Of a stretch of DNA of 64,000 nt, positions 54,441 to 63,808 are shown piece by piece; the first letter of the stretch is position 1; every line of letters begins with the position of its first letter. The DNA comes from Candidatus Parcubacteria bacterium (GTDB lineage Bacteria > Patescibacteriota > Patescibacteriia > Patescibacteriales > UBA12465), in assembly GCA_037076615.1 (NCBI GenBank), contig AP029158.1:527717-591716 (forward strand), read 5' to 3'. The notes under the pieces are model-generated. The model searched no databases and was not told the DNA's origin. It worked only from the letters and a program-made list of their open reading frames with translations. A program made the position numbers and the translations under genes.

Positions 54441-54499
54441 AGCTTCTAAGGGAAGGGCCGGAAAGAGAAAACGCTCAGCGGCGACTCCCTATTTAAAAA

Positions 54500-54652
54500 T
54501 TAACAAGATTTTTTTTCAACTTCCAACTCATAATAACGACGATCAATATACTCGGAAGCTTTACCGGGGTTAAAATTTCTGACTGGCGTTAACCAACCGA
54601 CTACTCGGCTATAAACAATACATTCCTGTCTTTTAGTTTTAATGTTTTCCAT
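54500..54652 (-). CDS. nrdD: Stand-alone glycyl-radical module of class III RNR (50 aa)
   Basis: Own translation: MENIKTKRQECIVYSRVVGWLTPVRNFNPGKASEYIDRRYYELEVEKKSC. SRVVGW..FNPGK..E..R matches the NrdD C-terminal glycyl-radical consensus (RVxGY...FNxGKxxE). It falls below the 60-aa ORF-track cutoff and is in frame with nrdD across TAA TAA. Confidence 0.7.
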   Translation of the reverse strand: MENIKTKRQECIVYSRVVGWLTPVRNFNPGKASEYIDRRYYELEVEKKSC

Positions 54653-54670
54653 ATAATTTAATTTAAATTA

Positions 54671-56722
54671 TTATTTGGCGTTAGACTCTGAGGCCGTAAC
54701 GGAGGGGATATAACCAATTTCTTCATCACATTTAGGACAATATTTATGTTCACCTGATAAATAACCATGCTTGGGGCAAACCGAAAAAGTTGGCGTTAGA
54801 GTAAAGTAAGGCAAGCCGTAATTATTAACAATTTTTTTAACTAAATTTTTAGCGGCTTGTCCATTAGGCAGCCTTTCGCCCAAAAAGCCATGCAAAACCG
54901 TGCCTCCCGTATATTTAGATTGTAACTCATTTTGTAAATCCAAAGCTTCAAAAAGGTCGCTTGTAAAACCAACCGGTAAGTGAGTGGAGTTAGTGTAATA
55001 GGGAGCGGCAGACAACTCTTTAACTGCCTTATCATTGGCAAAAATAATCTCCGGATAAAGCTCTTTATCTTTTTTAGCAAAACGGTAAGTGCAGCCTTCT
55101 CCCGGTGTCGCCTCTAAATTATATAAATTATTAGTCTCTTCCTGAAAAGCTAAAAGGCGATCACGCATATAATCCAAAATTTCTAAAGCAAATTCTTGCC
55201 CCTCGGGACTGGCTATGCTTTTGCCTAATAAATTAAGAGTCGCCTCATTCATACCATTAATGCCAATGGTATTAAAATGGTTTTTCCAATAAGAACCGAA
55301 ACGGTCAAAAATATCTCGGAGATAAAAACGGGAGTAAGGATAAAGGCCATCTGAAGTAAACTTTTCTATCACTTTCCGTTTTGCCTCTAAACTATCTTTG
55401 GCTACCTCCATTAACCGGTCTAGGCGCCTCTTAAACTCTTCTTTATCTTTAGATAAATAACCAAGACGCGCTAAATTAATAGTTACCACCCCCAAAGAAC
55501 CGGTTAAAGGATTGGCGCCAAATAAGCCACCACCGCGTTTACGCAATTCCCGGTTATCTAAACGTAGACGACAACACATAGACCGCGCATCATCGCGATT
55601 CATATCTGAATTAACAAAATTGGAAAAATAAGGAATACCATACTTAGCAGTCATCTCCCACATCGGTTCTAAAGAGGGCCGATCCCAGTCAAAATTTTTA
55701 TCGATTTGATAGGTGGGAATCGGGAAGCCAAAAACGCGACCATTAGAATCGCCAGCCAGCATAACCTCGGCAAAAGCTTGATTAAAAAGATCCATCTCTT
55801 CTTGAAAGTCTTTATATTTTTCCGGCATTACCTGGCCGCCAATAATTACATTTTCCTCACCCACCTGCTTAGAAGGAGTAACATCTAAAGTGATGTTGGT
55901 AAAAGGGGTCTGAAAACCGACTCGGGTTGGCACATTAACGTTGAAGATAAACTCCTGTAAACATTGCTTAACCTCATTGTAGGAAAGCTGATCATAGCGA
56001 ATAAAAGGCGCTAGATAAGTATCAAAATTAGAAAAAGCCTGAGCGCCAGCTGCCTCGCCCTGAAGAGTGTAGAAAAAATTAATAACTTGCCCAAGGGCAG
56101 TGCGAAAATGTTTAGGCGGTTTGCTTTGAACTTTTTCGTCCACCCCCCTAAACCCTCTAATCAGCAAATCTTTTAAATCCCAGCCACAACAGTAGGGGGC
56201 TAGTAGGCCTAAGTCATGAATATGTAAGTCACCGCCAACATGAGCTTGGCGAATTTTTTCCGGATAAAGTTTATTCAGCCAATATTGAGAAGAAACCGCC
56301 GAAGCAATATAATTATTTAAACCCTGAACCGAAAAACTCATATTACTGTTCTCCTTGAGGCGCCAATCAGCTCGTCCTAAATAATCTTCCATCAGCTTTT
56401 CGCCGGAAGTAGTTTGATTAATATCACGCAATTGACGACGTTGATCGCGATAAATAATATAAGCCTTGGCCAAGGCCGGCTCGTTACTCTCAATAAGTGT
56501 TGACTCCACTAAATCTTGGACTTCTTCCACGGCTGGAATAGTGTGTTTGTGAAATTTTTTGGAAATTTTTTCCAAAACCTTAGTAGTTAGTTCATCGGCT
56601 CGCCTTAAATCAGCTCCACCAACCGCTTCTTGAGCTTTACAAATAGCAGTCACAATCTTATTGCGATCAAAAGGAACTATCTCTCCTGATCGTTTGCGAA
56701 TTTGTGTAATTATTTCTGTCAT
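54671..56722 (-). CDS. nrdD: Anaerobic ribonucleoside-triphosphate reductase, large (catalytic) part lacking the glycyl-radical tail
   Basis: 683 aa. N-terminal ATP-cone, SMCCRLRLD, and zinc ribbon CPKH...CPKC near the end. It terminates with TAA TAA before any RVxGY motif. Confidence 0.93.
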   Translation of the reverse strand: MTEIITQIRKRSGEIVPFDRNKIVTAICKAQEAVGGADLRRADELTTKVLEKISKKFHKHTIPAVEEVQDLVESTLIESNEPALAKAYIIYRDQRRQLRDINQTTSGEKLMEDYLGRADWRLKENSNMSFSVQGLNNYIASAVSSQYWLNKLYPEKIRQAHVGGDLHIHDLGLLAPYCCGWDLKDLLIRGFRGVDEKVQSKPPKHFRTALGQVINFFYTLQGEAAGAQAFSNFDTYLAPFIRYDQLSYNEVKQCLQEFIFNVNVPTRVGFQTPFTNITLDVTPSKQVGEENVIIGGQVMPEKYKDFQEEMDLFNQAFAEVMLAGDSNGRVFGFPIPTYQIDKNFDWDRPSLEPMWEMTAKYGIPYFSNFVNSDMNRDDARSMCCRLRLDNRELRKRGGGLFGANPLTGSLGVVTINLARLGYLSKDKEEFKRRLDRLMEVAKDSLEAKRKVIEKFTSDGLYPYSRFYLRDIFDRFGSYWKNHFNTIGINGMNEATLNLLGKSIASPEGQEFALEILDYMRDRLLAFQEETNNLYNLEATPGEGCTYRFAKKDKELYPEIIFANDKAVKELSAAPYYTNSTHLPVGFTSDLFEALDLQNELQSKYTGGTVLHGFLGERLPNGQAAKNLVKKIVNNYGLPYFTLTPTFSVCPKHGYLSGEHKYCPKCDEEIGYIPSVTASESNAK

Positions 56723-56762
56723 ACAAAGAAATTAAGAGCCACATTCAAAGAGGCAGATTTTA

Positions 56763-57221
56763 TTATTTTTTATCTTTTACCAATTTATTTAATTCCCTTC
56801 TAAATTCGTTAGCATCTTTAAACTGTTCATAAACCGAGGCGTAGCGGATGTAGGCAACTTGATCAACTCTCTTAAGTTGTTTCATGACTACTTGGCCTAC
56901 TTGCTGGGAAGTAATTTCATTCTTCCGAAACTTTTGCAATTCACGCTCAATAGAATGAATTAGACGTTTAAATTTATCTTCAGTAATCGCCCTTTTTTCT
57001 AAAGCTTTTTTTAGACCGGAAACTAGTTTCTCTCGATTGTAAGACTCCCGCCGACCATCGCGTTTTACAATCATTAAATCTAAAATTTCTACTTCTTCAT
57101 AAGTAGAAAAACGAAAGCCACATTTTAAACACTCGCGACGACGACGAATAGAAAGACCATCACTAGCCGCTCGAGAATCAACAACTTTGGTGTCATCAAA
57201 GTAGCAAATTGGACATTTCAT
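56763..57221 (-). CDS. nrdR: Transcriptional repressor NrdR
   Basis: The ATG at 57221 gives the canonical MKCPICYFDDTKVVDSR zinc ribbon plus ATP-cone; the track start at 57227 is TTG. Confidence 0.93.
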   Translation of the reverse strand: MKCPICYFDDTKVVDSRAASDGLSIRRRRECLKCGFRFSTYEEVEILDLMIVKRDGRRESYNREKLVSGLKKALEKRAITEDKFKRLIHSIERELQKFRKNEITSQQVGQVVMKQLKRVDQVAYIRYASVYEQFKDANEFRRELNKLVKDKK

Positions 57222-57265
57222 AGGCAAAAAATTAATAAAAAATCAATAATTCGTCAAATCTAAAG

Positions 57266-57281
57266 CAACAAGATGTGGTGG
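57266..57281. promoter_or_regulatory. NrdR box (proximal)
   Basis: CAACAAGATGTGGTGG compared with the consensus acaCwAtATaTwGtgt; the conserved C, A, AT, T and G positions are kept. Confidence 0.55.
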
Positions 57282-57298
57282 TTAATTACATATTTAAG

Positions 57299-57314
57299 GC
57301 CCTATATCTTGTAA
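57299..57314. promoter_or_regulatory. NrdR box (distal)
   Basis: On the minus strand TTACAAGATATAGGGC matches 11 of the 16 positions (12 if the leading lower-case a is counted) of acaCwAtATaTwGtgt. Centre-to-centre distance to the other box is 33 bp. Confidence 0.6.
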
Positions 57315-57323
57315 TTATTTTCT

Positions 57324-57352
57324 ATTGTAGCAAAAAAAATCGCCCCTGCCAA
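57324..57352 (-). promoter_or_regulatory. sigma70-type promoter for nrdR-nrdD-nrdG
   Basis: On the minus strand: TTGGCA, 17-nt spacer, TACAAT. The NrdR boxes start 9 nt downstream of the -10. Confidence 0.55.
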
Positions 57353-57392
57353 ACTGCTAAAAGCACCTACTCTAGGGCTTAAAAATTGAGGA

Positions 57393-57421
57393 TAAAAAAA
57401 CGCCCCCGGTTTCCCGGGGGT
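57393..57421 (-). terminator. Intrinsic terminator after ftsZ
   Basis: On the minus strand: CCCCCGG-GAAA-CCGGGGG followed by CGTTTTTTT. Confidence 0.8.
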
Positions 57422-57435
57422 GTTAACTAATTTTC

Positions 57436-58650
57436 TTATAACATTTTCTTGCGAATAAAAGCGGGAACACTTAAATCGTCATCCTCGTCATCTTTTTCAA
57501 CCGGGCGCTCCATCTTTTTTTCCAAAACGGGTTTTAGGGGCGTGTTTTTAAAAGCGGCTAATTTTGATTTACTCTTTTCCTCCCCTTTTACCGGATGAGA
57601 ACTTAAATCATCGCGCAAATCGTCATCAAAATCAGGAGTTAAAGATCCAACTGGCTTAACTGAGTCTAGGCGACTAATTGATGACGGCGCCGGCGCGGTA
57701 CCATCAAAACCAGTGGCCACAACTGTTACCTTAATTTCGTCTTTTAATTTTTCATCAATCACGGCTCCAAAAATAATCTTTGCTTCTTCATCGGCCGCCG
57801 CGGTAATCACTTTAGCGGCTTCACTAACCTCGGTCATAGATAAATCCTGACCTCCGGTAATAGTAAAGACAATACCCCTAGCACCATCAATAGAAACATC
57901 GAGCAGACTGGAATTAATTGCACCTTTGGCCGCCTCAATCGCTCTGTTTTCGCCGCTCGCCTGGCCAATACCCATCAGAGCAGAGCCAGCGTTAGACATA
58001 ACCGCCTTAACGTCAGCAAAGTCAGCGTTAATGGCTCCTGGGGTAGTAATAATTTCCGCAATCCCCTGAACGCCCTGTCTTAGAACATCATCGGCTACTT
58101 TAAAAGCGTCTAGAAGAGAAGTTTTTTTATCAATCACCTGCAATAATTTGTCATTGGAAATAGTAATGATTGTATCAACATTGTCCGCTAATTCGGTAAA
58201 GGCTCGTTCAGCAATATTTTTCCTTTGGCCGCCTTCAAAGGCAAACGGCTTAGTCACCACCGCGACCGTTAAGGCACCGAGCTCTTTAGAGATTTTTGCC
58301 ACCACTGGCGAGGCGCCGCTACCAGTGCCGCCACCCATGCCGCAAGTAATAAAAACCATATCGCAGCCCTGAAGAGCTTCTCTAATCTCATTTTCTGATT
58401 CCTCGGCGGCCGCCTTCCCTAAATCCGGGTTCATGCCGGCGCCTAAGCCACGCGTAACTGTTTTACCAATATGAATTTTTTCGCCCGCCTTATTATAATG
58501 AAGGGCTTGCATATCAGTATTGATGGCTAGGAATTCAACGCCTTTAATGCCGTTGTTAACCATGCGGTTGACAGCACTGCCGCCACCGCCGCCAACACCG
58601 ACGACTTTTATCTTTGCGAAAGTCTCTATTTCCGGTTTTACTTCTGCCAT
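57436..58650 (-). CDS. ftsZ: Cell division protein FtsZ
   Basis: 404 aa. GVGGGGGSAVNRM and GMGGGTGSGASPV tubulin signatures, plus a C-terminal VPAFIRKK peptide. Confidence 0.97.
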   Translation of the reverse strand: MAEVKPEIETFAKIKVVGVGGGGGSAVNRMVNNGIKGVEFLAINTDMQALHYNKAGEKIHIGKTVTRGLGAGMNPDLGKAAAEESENEIREALQGCDMVFITCGMGGGTGSGASPVVAKISKELGALTVAVVTKPFAFEGGQRKNIAERAFTELADNVDTIITISNDKLLQVIDKKTSLLDAFKVADDVLRQGVQGIAEIITTPGAINADFADVKAVMSNAGSALMGIGQASGENRAIEAAKGAINSSLLDVSIDGARGIVFTITGGQDLSMTEVSEAAKVITAAADEEAKIIFGAVIDEKLKDEIKVTVVATGFDGTAPAPSSISRLDSVKPVGSLTPDFDDDLRDDLSSHPVKGEEKSKSKLAAFKNTPLKPVLEKKMERPVEKDDEDDDLSVPAFIRKKML

Positions 58651-58707
58651 ATTTTCAAATCTTTAAATTATTTTAAACCTATTAAAAACTGGGGTAACTG
58701 ACCATAA

Positions 58708-59964
58708 TTATTTAGGAATAATCCTCTTAGCCCAGCCCTTAAATTTGCCAAAAAATTTATTTATCTTCCGGAAACCATCACTAGATTGCCCCCCGGTAGC
58801 ATTATTACTACCCCAAATGACCAAGCCCAGGGCGGTCATAAACTCTGGATTTTTTACCTTATCAATCACGACATTTAAGTTTCGGGGTGTGCCCACAGAG
58901 GCCGGTAACCGTAATCGCCTCTTAGCTAAATCCACTAAGCCATCCAGTTCGGCGCCCGAGCCAACAAAAACGGTGCCCGCCGGTAACATTCCCGAACGAT
59001 CAATGTATTTTAACTCATTATCAACTTTATCCAAAATTTCTTCAACCCGCGCTTCAATTATTTCGGCCACATAATGCCGAGAAACTGTTTCAATGTCATC
59101 ATTAACATCTTCCTCTTTAACCAAATTCCTTACATCCACTTCTTCCTCGCGATCAACTAAGGCTGGGTTACAAGTGCCGTATTCACGCTTAATGCGCTCA
59201 GCTAAGTTAATCGGGCAGCGCAAGCCAATGGCAATGTCGGCAGTAATATGTTCAGAGCCAATCGGCAAAATCGCGGCGTGTAATAGATTGCGCTCCTCGT
59301 AAACCGCTAAAGAGGTTGTCGACGAACCAATATTGACTAAGGCCACGCCCAACTCTTTCTGTTTTAATGTTAAAACCGCCTCGGCGGAAGCCAAAGGCGA
59401 CAAAACTAACTCATCTATTTCTAAACCGGTGCGATAAATCGCTTTAGTAAGATTTTTAATTTGCGTAGAAAGTCCTTGAATAATGAGAGTTTCCACCTCT
59501 AAGCGAATACCCGACATCCCGACCGGATTTTTAATATCAGTTTGGCTATCAACAGTAAAGCTAATCGGAATGACGTGTAAAATTTCATAATTCACCGGCA
59601 CAGCTAAAGCCTGAGCAGCTTCTACCGCCCGACTAACATCAACCTCATTAATTTCGCCATCCCCTTTAGAGACGGCAACCACACCTTTACTGCGCTCACA
59701 TTTAATATGCGGGTCATTAATACTCACCCAAACACTAGAAATCGGAACGCCAATTAAACGCTCCGCCTTTTCTAAGCAAGCCGAAATAGAGGAAGTGGTC
59801 TCCTCAATACTGCTTACCACTCCTTTATTTACACCAGCGGTTGGCGAAGAAACGGCGCCAATAATTTGGAGCTCTTCCCCCGTCGGGGTGTCAATTTTTT
59901 GACCAATAACTAAACGAATCGCCGTTGATCCAACATCAAGGCCGGCAATAATTTCTTCTTTCAT
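58708..59964 (-). CDS. ftsA: Cell division protein FtsA
   Basis: The ATG at 59964 (MKEEIIAGLDVGS...) is preferred to the upstream alternative start. Actin-like ATPase motifs are present throughout. Confidence 0.93.
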   Translation of the reverse strand: MKEEIIAGLDVGSTAIRLVIGQKIDTPTGEELQIIGAVSSPTAGVNKGVVSSIEETTSSISACLEKAERLIGVPISSVWVSINDPHIKCERSKGVVAVSKGDGEINEVDVSRAVEAAQALAVPVNYEILHVIPISFTVDSQTDIKNPVGMSGIRLEVETLIIQGLSTQIKNLTKAIYRTGLEIDELVLSPLASAEAVLTLKQKELGVALVNIGSSTTSLAVYEERNLLHAAILPIGSEHITADIAIGLRCPINLAERIKREYGTCNPALVDREEEVDVRNLVKEEDVNDDIETVSRHYVAEIIEARVEEILDKVDNELKYIDRSGMLPAGTVFVGSGAELDGLVDLAKRRLRLPASVGTPRNLNVVIDKVKNPEFMTALGLVIWGSNNATGGQSSDGFRKINKFFGKFKGWAKRIIPK

Positions 59965-60049
59965 AATTATGAAGAGTAACAAGTCAACACTAAAAATAAA
60001 AAAATTTTACTATTTCTGGCTAATACTAAAATATTTAGTGTTTAAAGTT

Positions 60050-60078
60050 ATTATACAAGATTTTTATTTTTTTAACAA
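60050..60078 (-). promoter_or_regulatory. sigma70-type promoter for ftsA-ftsZ
   Basis: On the minus strand: TTGTTA, 17-nt spacer, TATAAT; leader of about 85 nt. Confidence 0.5.
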
Positions 60079-60091
60079 CCAATACTAATGC

Positions 60092-60862
60092 TTATAAAAG
60101 CCCTAAATACCAAGTACTGATCGCTTTTCCAAAAAACCAAGCGACCAGAGCGCCGATAACCAAAAAAACTCCCAGCGGTAAGCGGCTACTCCACTTCTTT
60201 TTGCCCGTCAATAATAGAAAAATACTCACTAAGGCGCCAACAAAATAAGCTAATATTAAGGCAACAAAAAGCTGGACGAGATCAGCGAAGGCGCCCCCCA
60301 AAAATGCTCCTAGCCAAATATCGCCCTCCCCCAAGCCCCGCCCCCGGGTCAAAATATACTGCAAGGCAAAAAAAAGAGCGGCGACTACAGCACTCAACAG
60401 GAAGGCGCCGAAATAGCCCCAAAATCCTAGAGAAGAGCCTAAATAACCGAACAGAAAAACAAAAATAAGGCCACCAATCAAAACGTTAACGGGAATTAAG
60501 AGCCAACGGGCGTCAAAAACTAACACCAAGATTAAAATCGTAATCACGAACAAACTTTGAAGAAAAAGCCAAATGTCAGCGCCAAAAAATAGCCAAGCGG
60601 TAGTAAAAAGGAGAGCGGTTAGTAACTCAACCGCTGGATATTGCCAAGAAATAGTCTTTTTACAATCACGACAGCGCCCTTTAAGCAGCAAGAAGGAAAG
60701 GAGAGGAATATTATCGTACCACCGAATTTGGTGCCGACACCGGGGACAATAAGAACGATTCATTAAACTTTCTTCTTGATAAAGACGCCAAGCCCAACAG
60801 TTAATAAAACTGCCGATTAAGAGGCCAAAAATAAAAGTGAAGATGGCACCAAATATTAACAT
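60092..60862 (-). CDS. pilD: Prepilin peptidase (A24 family, PilD-like)
   Basis: 256 aa. CPRCRHQI...CRDCKK zinc-binding region and polytopic peptidase A24 core. Confidence 0.88.
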   Translation of the reverse strand: MLIFGAIFTFIFGLLIGSFINCWAWRLYQEESLMNRSYCPRCRHQIRWYDNIPLLSFLLLKGRCRDCKKTISWQYPAVELLTALLFTTAWLFFGADIWLFLQSLFVITILILVLVFDARWLLIPVNVLIGGLIFVFLFGYLGSSLGFWGYFGAFLLSAVVAALFFALQYILTRGRGLGEGDIWLGAFLGGAFADLVQLFVALILAYFVGALVSIFLLLTGKKKWSSRLPLGVFLVIGALVAWFFGKAISTWYLGLL

Positions 60863-60866
60863 AGTT

Positions 60867-62798
60867 TTATTCTGTCGCCGCCAGAATTTCCTGACGAGCG
60901 CTTAACATATTTTGATATTGCGCCAAACGCCCCTTCTGATCTTCTCCCCAGTGAGGCTCAAATTCGGGAATTAGCTGAGCGGCTAATGTCCAATTTTCCG
61001 TCGCGGCGCTTAAGTTTTTATTGTAACAATTTACATCACCTAATACCAAATAAATTTTCGGAAGAGTCGGCACCGCCAGTAAAAGATTATTTAGCTCCTC
61101 TTGAGCTTTTTCTTCTTCGCCTTTAAAGCCGGAAATGGCGGCCGTAAATAAACGATTGTCAAAAGTTTGGGTTTTTTCATTTTCCGGATTAGCAACCACT
61201 CGCCCTAAAACAACTTTCTTGTCGGCTAGCGGCAAATCGTAAAGAACTAGATGATCAATTAAACCCCAAGTAAAATTCTGTCGGTAATAACGAGCGCCAA
61301 TCGGATCAATTTTTTTCTCTTGAACATAAGAATCTAAAACCAGCGCCTTAAAATAATCCCCCTGACCCAAAGAATTGAAGGCGGCGTAGTAATAATAATC
61401 AGCTTGCAAACGCGCTCCAGAAAAAAGACCAAAACCTAAAGTGAACGGAATTAAAAGTGCCAATGGCGCAAAACATAATCGTGAAACTTTTTTTTGTTCC
61501 CGCTCGACTGGTAAACCCAGAGAAAGATAAATCGTTAATAATAAACTGCTGTAGAAAAAGGTGCTAACAACCGAAAAATTAAAAAGTAAAAATAAAAAAT
61601 AAGTCAGCCCGGACAATAGAAGGCCACAAGCTAGTGGTCGCTCCTGGCTAGGTAAACGACGCCAATGCCGCACGAGAAAAATGATAACAAGCAAGAGTAA
61701 AAAACAACCAACAATTCCGGCACTTAGAGCCGTGTCTAAAATTATATTATGTGCCCGGTCGGTCGAAACATCAGGCCGCAGATATTGCATCAGCCGGGCA
61801 TCATAGTGATAGATGTAGGCTTCGCGCTGATTTTCTAAGCCGTAACCGAGCCAAGGCTTTTCTCTAATGGCGGCGACCCCCTCTCGCCAAAGTTCGCCGC
61901 GCAAGCCCAAGCTGCCGGAGCGCAAATTATTAAGTTCTTGCCAGCGGTCCGGATTACTAAGAGCTAAGGCACCAATCAATAGAAAGATGATTAAAAAAAC
62001 TAAACCAATTTTTTTAAATAGACTTCGGTTTAATTTTTGTGGCGAGCTAAAAACTTTAATCGCCGAAAATATTAAGAGCGCGCCAACCAAAGCGAAGAGG
62101 GCGGAACGGGTGCCGGTGGCCACTAAACCTAATAACTGTAAGACTAAGAGGATTAAAAATAAATAGCGTCGCCCGGCAGAGCTTTGTAAGCCTAGGGTAA
62201 GAGTGACCGGAATTGTTAAAAGAAGAAGACCGGCGAAATAAGTCGGTTGCCCCAGACTGGCGAAGGCTCGTCTTGTTTGCCAAGCGGGTTCAGCCCAACG
62301 AACAATATCAAAACCAGCAAGCTGAAAGAGGGCATAAACAGAGAGTAAGCTGGCCACGACCACCACCCCTAAAAGATAAGCTTTTTGGCGCCTTCTTCGC
62401 TCCGACGCCGGACTTAAAGCCAGACTAATCAATAAGAAAAAGGCGCCCAATAAACCAACTAAGTAGGTTAGCCCACCTAACTGCCGCTCGTAAGATCCCC
62501 ACCAAGACTGAGCCGGATCAACGGAAAAAATCAGCGCGCTGACTAAAAATAAGCCACTAAATAATAAAGGGTAAAAACTTTTTCCGAGGCGCGGCCTAAA
62601 TTTAGAAAAGGCCAACTGACAAGCCACTAGCAAACAAAAAATTATTACCCCGTTTTGAAAAAAAATCGCCTTAATTAAATCTAAGCTGGCAATCGCTAAA
62701 AAGTTAAAGACTAACGGCACTAGCGCTAATAAAAATAAACCCCAAGCATCAATGAGGTTGCCCCAACTGAAAGAAGGGTGCTGGTTTCTATTTTTCAT
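60867..62798 (-). CDS. O-antigen ligase (Wzy_C)-like polytopic protein with C-terminal TPR-like domain
   Basis: 643 aa with more than 10 TM helices. ATGTRSALFALVGALL and ...DRAHNIILD loop motifs are typical of the O-antigen ligase family, with a soluble helical C-terminus. Confidence 0.7.
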   Translation of the reverse strand: MKNRNQHPSFSWGNLIDAWGLFLLALVPLVFNFLAIASLDLIKAIFFQNGVIIFCLLVACQLAFSKFRPRLGKSFYPLLFSGLFLVSALIFSVDPAQSWWGSYERQLGGLTYLVGLLGAFFLLISLALSPASERRRRQKAYLLGVVVVASLLSVYALFQLAGFDIVRWAEPAWQTRRAFASLGQPTYFAGLLLLTIPVTLTLGLQSSAGRRYLFLILLVLQLLGLVATGTRSALFALVGALLIFSAIKVFSSPQKLNRSLFKKIGLVFLIIFLLIGALALSNPDRWQELNNLRSGSLGLRGELWREGVAAIREKPWLGYGLENQREAYIYHYDARLMQYLRPDVSTDRAHNIILDTALSAGIVGCFLLLLVIIFLVRHWRRLPSQERPLACGLLLSGLTYFLFLLFNFSVVSTFFYSSLLLTIYLSLGLPVEREQKKVSRLCFAPLALLIPFTLGFGLFSGARLQADYYYYAAFNSLGQGDYFKALVLDSYVQEKKIDPIGARYYRQNFTWGLIDHLVLYDLPLADKKVVLGRVVANPENEKTQTFDNRLFTAAISGFKGEEEKAQEELNNLLLAVPTLPKIYLVLGDVNCYNKNLSAATENWTLAAQLIPEFEPHWGEDQKGRLAQYQNMLSARQEILAATE

Positions 62799-62811
62799 CT
62801 TTTAATTATAA

Positions 62812-62842
62812 CACAAAAACAAGACCCCAATCGGGGTCTTGT
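62812..62842 (-). terminator. Intrinsic terminator after secF
   Basis: On the minus strand: CAAGACCCC-GATT-GGGGTCTTG followed by TTTTTG. Confidence 0.75.
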
Positions 62843-62863
62843 GGAAAAATTAAATTCTTAAAA

Positions 62864-63781
62864 TTAATTCTTTTGCCGGTGTCGTCTTTGTCTTTTTTCC
62901 GTTAACACTAGTAACGGAGCTGCTAAAAATAAAGAGCTGTAAGCACCGCAGAAAATACCGATCACTAAAGCGAGAACAAAATCTTTAATTGATCCTCCAC
63001 CAAAAATTAAGATGGAGAGCAAAGCTAATACTGTGGTCGCCGTCGCATTCACCGAGCGAACAAAAGTTTGATTTAAACTATCATTAACGGTTTCCGCAAA
63101 ACTTAAGTGGCTCTTAGGCAAGTTCTCCCGAACACGATCAAAAACAACAATCGTATCGTTAATACTGTAGCCGAGGACGGTTAGCAAAGCGACAATAAAA
63201 GTGGTATTAACCTCCGTTCCTAAAAAGTGTCCAAGGACAGCAAAAACACCACAAGTTAATAAAATGTTGTGAGCGAGTGAAACAATAGAAATCAAACCAT
63301 ACTTCCAAGATGGCACCGGCTTAGACACCGCCCTAAAAGCAAAAGTGATGTAGATAATAATAATTAAGAGGGCAAAGAAAACTAACCAAAAAGCTCGACT
63401 TCTAAGTTCGGCCCCAACCGAGGAGCCAATCGATTCAAAGCGAATTTCTGTTAAACCTGCCTCGGCTTGCTCCAAACTTTCAAGGGCGGTAATTGCTTGG
63501 TCATGCTTTTCTAGAGAAGTTTCTTGAAAACGTAAAATAATGGTATTGCTACCAGTCGGCTGAATTACTAGGTTACCAAAGTCGGTCTGAGCAAAAACTT
63601 CATTAATTTCGACGACCGTCGGTTGGGCCCCAGCAAATTTCACCTCCAATAAACTGCCACCAGTAAAATCTAAGCCTGGTTTTAGCCCCCAAAGAAAGAG
63701 AGCAATAACGGACAGGGTCACTAAAATAGTAGATAACGACAACCAGATTTTACTATTCTTTATAATTTTATAATTTCTCAT
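62864..63781 (-). CDS. secF: Protein translocase subunit SecF
   Basis: 305 aa. LDFTGGSLLEV, six TM helices, and ...GYSINDTIVVFDRVRE. Confidence 0.93.
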   Translation of the reverse strand: MRNYKIIKNSKIWLSLSTILVTLSVIALFLWGLKPGLDFTGGSLLEVKFAGAQPTVVEINEVFAQTDFGNLVIQPTGSNTIILRFQETSLEKHDQAITALESLEQAEAGLTEIRFESIGSSVGAELRSRAFWLVFFALLIIIIYITFAFRAVSKPVPSWKYGLISIVSLAHNILLTCGVFAVLGHFLGTEVNTTFIVALLTVLGYSINDTIVVFDRVRENLPKSHLSFAETVNDSLNQTFVRSVNATATTVLALLSILIFGGGSIKDFVLALVIGIFCGAYSSLFLAAPLLVLTEKRQRRHRQKN

Positions 63782-63808
63782 ATAGTATTATAGGTTACTG
63801 ATAACTTA

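Noticed and set aside
54653-54673. Possibility that TAA TAA between the two nrdD parts is read through or recoded (alternative genetic code).
   Set aside because: TAA, TAG and TGA all terminate conserved full-length genes in this window, and two tandem ochre codons argue for efficient termination. I therefore treat the two parts as separate ORFs; a sequencing error remains to be excluded.
57345-57375. ACTGCTAA half-site resembling the CIRCE variant arm.
   Set aside because: No TTAGCAGT partner lies 9 nt upstream. It overlaps the nrdR promoter -35 by chance.
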